Source: Candidatus Rokuibacteriota bacterium (GTDB taxonomy: Bacteria; Methylomirabilota; Methylomirabilia; Rokubacteriales; CSP1-6). From it: 64,000 nucleotides of DNA. The notes under the pieces were generated by a model that saw only the letters and a program-made list of their open reading frames with translations, did not search any database and was not told the origin of the DNA. A program made the translations under genes and the position numbers. Of this stretch, positions 59,914 through 64,000 are shown piece after piece; position 1 is the first letter of the stretch, and each line of letters begins with the position of its first letter. The stretch spans positions 65,919 through 129,918 of the forward strand of contig QHSL01000062.1 of the NCBI GenBank assembly GCA_003220435.1. Reading direction: 5' to 3'.

Positions 59914-60248
59914 GAACGGGACCTCGTCGGACGTGTCTCGGATGCCGCCAGGCTCGCCCGAAGGGCGCGTTGACGCGACTGGTGCGGCGCCCGGACGGCC
60001 GTGTGGTGATCGATCCGGACGGACGCGGGACCGGGCGGGGGGCCTACGTCTGTGCCGACGCCGAGTGCATGAAGCGCGCGTTCAGCCGCGGACGGCTCAC
60101 GCACGCGTTCCGCGCTCCGAGCGAGGTCGGCCCGGATCTTCTGCTCGCGATCGCGGGCGCCGGGCGCCGGCTCCGGGTGGTTGGACGCGCACGCGGGGGA
60201 GTCGAGTCTGCCGCGCGCGAGGCGATCGACGCAGCGGTGAGAGCGTGA
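59910..60248 (+). CDS. ylxR: YlxR/DUF448 family RNA-binding protein
   Basis: RTCLGCRQARPKGALTRLV...GRGAYVC signature. ATGA overlap with nusA. Confidence 0.75.
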   Translation: MRTGPRRTCLGCRQARPKGALTRLVRRPDGRVVIDPDGRGTGRGAYVCADAECMKRAFSRGRLTHAFRAPSEVGPDLLLAIAGAGRRLRVVGRARGGVESAAREAIDAAVRA

Positions 60249-60264
60249 GGGAGGTGAGGGGAAC

Positions 60265-62742
60265 GTGCCACCGGCAAAAATAAAGGTGATCGAGCTCGCA
60301 AAGGAACTCGGCGTCACGAGCAAGGACCTCATGGTCGCCGCCGAGGAAATGGGCAACAAGGGTGTCCGGGCCATGAGTCCCCTCGACAGTACGCTCGCCA
60401 ACGCGCTGCGGGTCAAGCTCGGGAAAGGGCGCGACCTGCCTGAGGCGCCGAAGCCCAAGCGCGTGCCGAAGCCGAAGGAAGAAGGGGCGGCGAAGCCCGC
60501 GTCGCGGACCAAGAAGCCGAAGATCGGCGACGACGCTCTGACGGAGATCAAGCCGGCGGCGACGATCGTCAAGCCGAAGCCGGCGGCGCCCGTCGCGGAG
60601 GTCGTTCTCGAGGCGCTGCCGATCGTCACGGTCCCCGAGCCCGAGATCGTTCCGGAGCCACCCGTCGCCGCGCCGCTGCCCGAGCCGCCGGCCGTCGTGA
60701 AGCCGGCCGCGACGGTGGCGCCCGCGCCGACGGCGCCGAAGAAGCCGGAGCCGAAGATCGTTCCGTTTCGACCGCTCGAGCGGCCGGCGCCGGCGCCACG
60801 GCCGTCGCGGCAACCGGCCGGACCGTTCGCGCCGCCGCGCGTCACGATGGTTCCGGCTCGACCGGCGGCACCGCCCGCGCCCCCGCGGATCGCGCCACCG
60901 CCGCTGGCCCCGGCGCGCCCGGCCGCGGCGGTGGCGCCTGCCGCCGTTGCGGCAGCTGTCGTCGAGGCGCCACCGGCGGCAGCGCCGCCCGAGGTCAAGC
61001 GCGAGCTCATCCGTGTGCCGGAGTCGGTCACGGTCGGCGAGCTCGCCGAGAAGATGCGGCGCAAGTCGGGTGAGGTCATCAAGGCGCTGCTCGAGCTCGG
61101 CGTGATGGCGACGGTGAACGAGCTGCTGGATCCGACCGCCGCCAAGCTGGTGGCCGACAAGTTCAACTTCGACGTCGAGATCCGTTCGGTCGAGGGCGAC
61201 GTCGTCGACGAGGAGGATACAGACCCGGCCCAGCTCTCGCTGCGCCCGCCTGTCGTCACCGTGATGGGTCATGTCGACCACGGCAAGACCTCGCTGCTCG
61301 ACGCGATCAGGAAATCGAAGGTCGCCGAGAAGGAGTTCGGCGGCATCACCCAGCACATCGGCGCGTACCAGGTCACCACGTCGCACGGCAAGGTCACGTT
61401 CCTGGACACGCCGGGGCACGAGGCGTTCACGGCGATGCGGGCGCGCGGCGCTCAGGCGACCGACATCGTCATCCTGGTCGTCGCTGCCGACGACGGCGTC
61501 ATGCCCCAGACGCAAGAGGCGATCAACCACGCGCGGGCCGCCAACGTGCCGATCATCGTCGCGGTCAACAAGATCGACCGGCCCGAGGCGGACGCCGAGC
61601 GTGTGAAGCGCGAGCTGTCCAACCTCAATCTCGTGCCGGAAGAGTGGGGCGGGCAGACAATCTTCGTGCCGACGTCGGCCAAGCAGGGCACGGGCATCGA
61701 CCAGCTGCTCGAGATGACCGCGCTCCAGTCGGAGATCCTCGAGCTCAAGGCCAACGCGAGCCGCTCCGCCAAGGGTGTGATCATCGAGAGCCGACTCGAC
61801 CGTGGCCGCGGACCGGTGGCCACCGCGCTGATCCAAAACGGCAGCCTGCGCGAGGGCGACGCGGTCGTCGTCGGCTCTTATTCCGGCCGTGTCCGCTCGC
61901 TGATCGATCCGTCCGGCAAGAAGGTGAAGATCGCGGGCCCCTCCGACCCGGTGGAGATCCAGGGGCTCTCGGGGGTGCCGGCCGCGGGCGACGTGCTCGT
62001 CGCGGTCTCCGACGAGCGCAAGGCGCGGCAGATCGCCACCATGCGGCTCGACCGCGACAAGCTCAAGGGCAAGACCACGACGCGCATCACGCTCGAGGGG
62101 CTCCAGAAGCAGATCCTGACCGGCGAGGTGAAGGAGCTCCGGCTCATCCTCAAGGCCGACGTGCAGGGCTCGGTCGAGGCGCTGGCTGAGTCGCTCGAGC
62201 GCCTCTCGACCGACGAGGTGAAGCTGAAGGTCATCCACAGCTCGGTCGGCATGATCACCGAGAGCGACGTGATGCTCGCCTCCGCGTCCAACGCCCTCGT
62301 CCTGGGGTTCAACGTGAAGGCCGAGCCCAAGGCGACGACCCAGGCGCAGGCGAACGGCGTCGATCTCCGAAACTACAACGTCATCTACGAAGCGATCAAC
62401 GATCTCAAGGCGGCGCTCGCCGGGATGCTGGCCCCGGAGATCCGCGAGACGGCGCTGGGCCGCGCCCAGGTCCGCCAGATCTTCGTCATCTCCAAGCTCG
62501 GCCCGATCTGCGGCTCCTACGTCGCCGAGGGCAAGATCGTGCGCGGCGCCAAGGTGCGCGTGCGACGCGGCGAGGAAGTCGTGGGCCAGGGGGCGGTCGG
62601 CTCGCTGAAGCGGTTCAAGGACGAGGTCCGCGAGGTGCTCGCCGGGCTCGAGTGCGGCATCGGCGTCGACGGCGTCACCGGCGTCCAGCCGGGGGATTCC
62701 CTCGAGGTCTATTCGAGCGAGGAAGTGGCGCGCACGCTCTAG
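60265..62742 (+). CDS. infB: Translation initiation factor IF-2
   Basis: GTG start with gaggtgagggg RBS. Pro/Ala-rich N-terminal region, G domain (GHVDHGKTSLLD, DTPGHEAF, NKID). Confidence 0.95.
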   Translation: MPPAKIKVIELAKELGVTSKDLMVAAEEMGNKGVRAMSPLDSTLANALRVKLGKGRDLPEAPKPKRVPKPKEEGAAKPASRTKKPKIGDDALTEIKPAATIVKPKPAAPVAEVVLEALPIVTVPEPEIVPEPPVAAPLPEPPAVVKPAATVAPAPTAPKKPEPKIVPFRPLERPAPAPRPSRQPAGPFAPPRVTMVPARPAAPPAPPRIAPPPLAPARPAAAVAPAAVAAAVVEAPPAAAPPEVKRELIRVPESVTVGELAEKMRRKSGEVIKALLELGVMATVNELLDPTAAKLVADKFNFDVEIRSVEGDVVDEEDTDPAQLSLRPPVVTVMGHVDHGKTSLLDAIRKSKVAEKEFGGITQHIGAYQVTTSHGKVTFLDTPGHEAFTAMRARGAQATDIVILVVAADDGVMPQTQEAINHARAANVPIIVAVNKIDRPEADAERVKRELSNLNLVPEEWGGQTIFVPTSAKQGTGIDQLLEMTALQSEILELKANASRSAKGVIIESRLDRGRGPVATALIQNGSLREGDAVVVGSYSGRVRSLIDPSGKKVKIAGPSDPVEIQGLSGVPAAGDVLVAVSDERKARQIATMRLDRDKLKGKTTTRITLEGLQKQILTGEVKELRLILKADVQGSVEALAESLERLSTDEVKLKVIHSSVGMITESDVMLASASNALVLGFNVKAEPKATTQAQANGVDLRNYNVIYEAINDLKAALAGMLAPEIRETALGRAQVRQIFVISKLGPICGSYVAEGKIVRGAKVRVRRGEEVVGQGAVGSLKRFKDEVREVLAGLECGIGVDGVTGVQPGDSLEVYSSEEVARTL

Positions 62743-62765
62743 CGGCCGCCGCGCCGGAGGAAGCC

Positions 62766-63056
62766 GTGTCGGCCGCGCGCATTGCGCTGGGACTCGTGGA
62801 GTTGCATCTTCCGGATGCCGCCTCGCTGAAGGACAAGCGCCACGTCCTGAAGGGTCTCAAGGAGAAGGTGCGCGCGAAGTTCGAGGTCGCGGTGGCCGAG
62901 GTCGACCACCAGGACGTGTGGCAGCGCGCCACGCTCGCCGTCGCCTACGTCTCAGCCGACGCCCGACACGCCAACACGGTCGTGTCCAAGGCGCTGGATT
63001 TCATCGAGGACAACGTCGAGGGCCAGGTGCTCGACACGTCCGTGGAGATTCTCTGA
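62766..63056 (+). CDS. DUF503 (YlxP-like) protein
   Basis: GTG start. LHLPDAASLKDKRHVLKGLKEKVRAKF... Conserved position between infB and rbfA. Confidence 0.7.
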   Translation: MSAARIALGLVELHLPDAASLKDKRHVLKGLKEKVRAKFEVAVAEVDHQDVWQRATLAVAYVSADARHANTVVSKALDFIEDNVEGQVLDTSVEIL

Positions 63057-63409
63057 TGCAGGGCAAGCGGCTCGATCGGGTCAACCAGCTCGTCAAGGAG
63101 GAGATCTCGACGCTCCTCCAGCGCGAGCTGAAGGATCCGCGGCTCGGATTCGTGTCGATCACCGAGGTCGAAACCGCCCGCGATCTGCGGACCGCCAAGG
63201 TGTTCGTCTCGGTGCTGGGCGACGACGCGAAGTGGACGGCGTCGATGGCGGCCCTGGTGAGCGCGCGCGGGTTCATCCGCAACTGGCTCCGCCAGACCCT
63301 GGATCTCCGGGTCACGCCCGAACTAGACTTCCGGCCCGATCGGTCCATGGAGCACGCGGCGCGCATCCAGGCGTTGCTCCGCGACGTCGGCGGCGACCCG
63401 CCGCGGTGA
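63056..63409 (+). CDS. rbfA: Ribosome-binding factor A
   Basis: RVNQLVKEEISTLLQRELKDPRLGFVSITEVETARDLRTAKVFVSV. TGATG overlap with the preceding gene. Confidence 0.85.
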   Translation: MQGKRLDRVNQLVKEEISTLLQRELKDPRLGFVSITEVETARDLRTAKVFVSVLGDDAKWTASMAALVSARGFIRNWLRQTLDLRVTPELDFRPDRSMEHAARIQALLRDVGGDPPR

Positions 63410-63411
63410 CG

Positions 63412-64000
63412 ATGGCGATCGAGCACACCGACACGCTGCCGTCCAGCGCGGTCCTGGCGCCGTTCGGCGGCCGCGGTCGGGCGCTGATGCTGGGTCACGT
63501 CCATCCCGACGCGGACGTCCTCGGCACGCTGCTCGCCCTCGGGCTGGCGCTCGAGAGCCGTGGCTGGAGCGTGACGTATGGCGGACCCCATCCGGCGCCG
63601 GCACTGCTCGCGTTTCTCCCGGGCGTCGACCGCTACCGGCCGCTGCGGACGCTCGACGGGGCGTTCGACCTGGTCGTGCTCACAGACTGCCCGAATCCGG
63701 ATCGGACCGAAGGGTTGATCGATCAGGTCAAGCGGGCCGGCAAGGTCATCGTGAACGTCGACCATCACCCGGACAATCGGCGATACGGCCACGTGAACTG
63801 GATCGACTCGACGGCGGCCGCCACCGGCGAGATGGTGTACGAGTTGCTCCGAGCGCTCGGCGCGCCGCTCACGCCGGCAATCGCGACGAACCTCTTCACC
63901 GCGGTTCACACCGACACCGGCTCGTTCCGCTACTCGAACGTCACGCCGCGGACGTTCACGATCGCCGCGGCGCTGGTCGCGGCGGGCGCCCGACCGGAGG
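63412..64000 (+). CDS. nrnA: DHH-family oligoribonuclease/pAp phosphatase NrnA (3' partial, runs off window)
   Basis: ALMLGHVHPDADVLGTLLAL...VLTDCPN...VNVDHHPDN (DHH motifs). Conserved position after rbfA. Confidence 0.7.
   Translation, partial: MAIEHTDTLPSSAVLAPFGGRGRALMLGHVHPDADVLGTLLALGLALESRGWSVTYGGPHPAPALLAFLPGVDRYRPLRTLDGAFDLVVLTDCPNPDRTEGLIDQVKRAGKVIVNVDHHPDNRRYGHVNWIDSTAAATGEMVYELLRALGAPLTPAIATNLFTAVHTDTGSFRYSNVTPRTFTIAAALVAAGARPE

Noticed and set aside
60097-62238. 713-aa ORF on the - strand
   Set aside because: Antisense to infB, whose G-domain motifs are unambiguous on the + strand.

Overview
This is a high-GC (about 70%) bacterial chromosomal segment with strong GC3 bias. It is densely packed, nearly all coding on the + strand, with many translationally coupled junctions (ATGA/GTGA/TGATG overlaps). 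I found no tRNA, rRNA, CRISPR array, IS element or integrase; it reads as a core region with a few unusual islands.

Gene content in order:
- LysR regulator, 5' partial.
- selD with an in-frame UGA (selenocysteine) and a SECIS-like hairpin, which the ORF track splits in two.
- Tat-exported transglutaminase-like protein.
- TlpA-like thioredoxin with no canonical start codon.
- Orphan ZAS-type zinc-finger anti-sigma domain protein (- strand).
- GT1 glycosyltransferase.
- A five-gene Bat-like operon: MoxR ATPase, unknown 482-aa membrane protein, DUF58, 1457-aa BatA-N/3xVWA/GATase-like fusion, TPR protein.
- GalT-family protein convergent with gdh (- strand).
- Complete iscR-iscS-iscU-iscA-hscB-hscA-fdx-iscX operon.
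- dsrEFH/tusBCD-like triplet (- strand) divergent from nifS / NifU-like / cysE.
- Small excisionase-type HTH gene plus an HD-hydrolase gene that appears frameshifted.
- dinB (Pol IV).
- Liv-type ABC transporter (SBP, livG, livF, livM, livH) with an embedded acyl-CoA ligase, followed by two ferritin-like (diiron-type) proteins, biotin carboxylase and a 71-aa BCCP.
- DinB_2-family gene interrupted by an in-frame amber codon.
- rpoD (- strand).
- ACT-malic enzyme.
- GT2 / class-I aminotransferase / SAM-MTase / GT-C (ArnT/PMT-like) cassette.
- nth.
- rplM-rpsI, then argC-argJ, then rpsB-tsf-pyrH-frr-uppS-cdsA-dxr-rseP-ispG with a coupled Trx-like [2Fe-2S] ferredoxin.
- rimP-nusA-ylxR-infB-DUF503-rbfA-nrnA (nrnA 3' partial).

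The long antisense ORFs in the track are GC-content artefacts.
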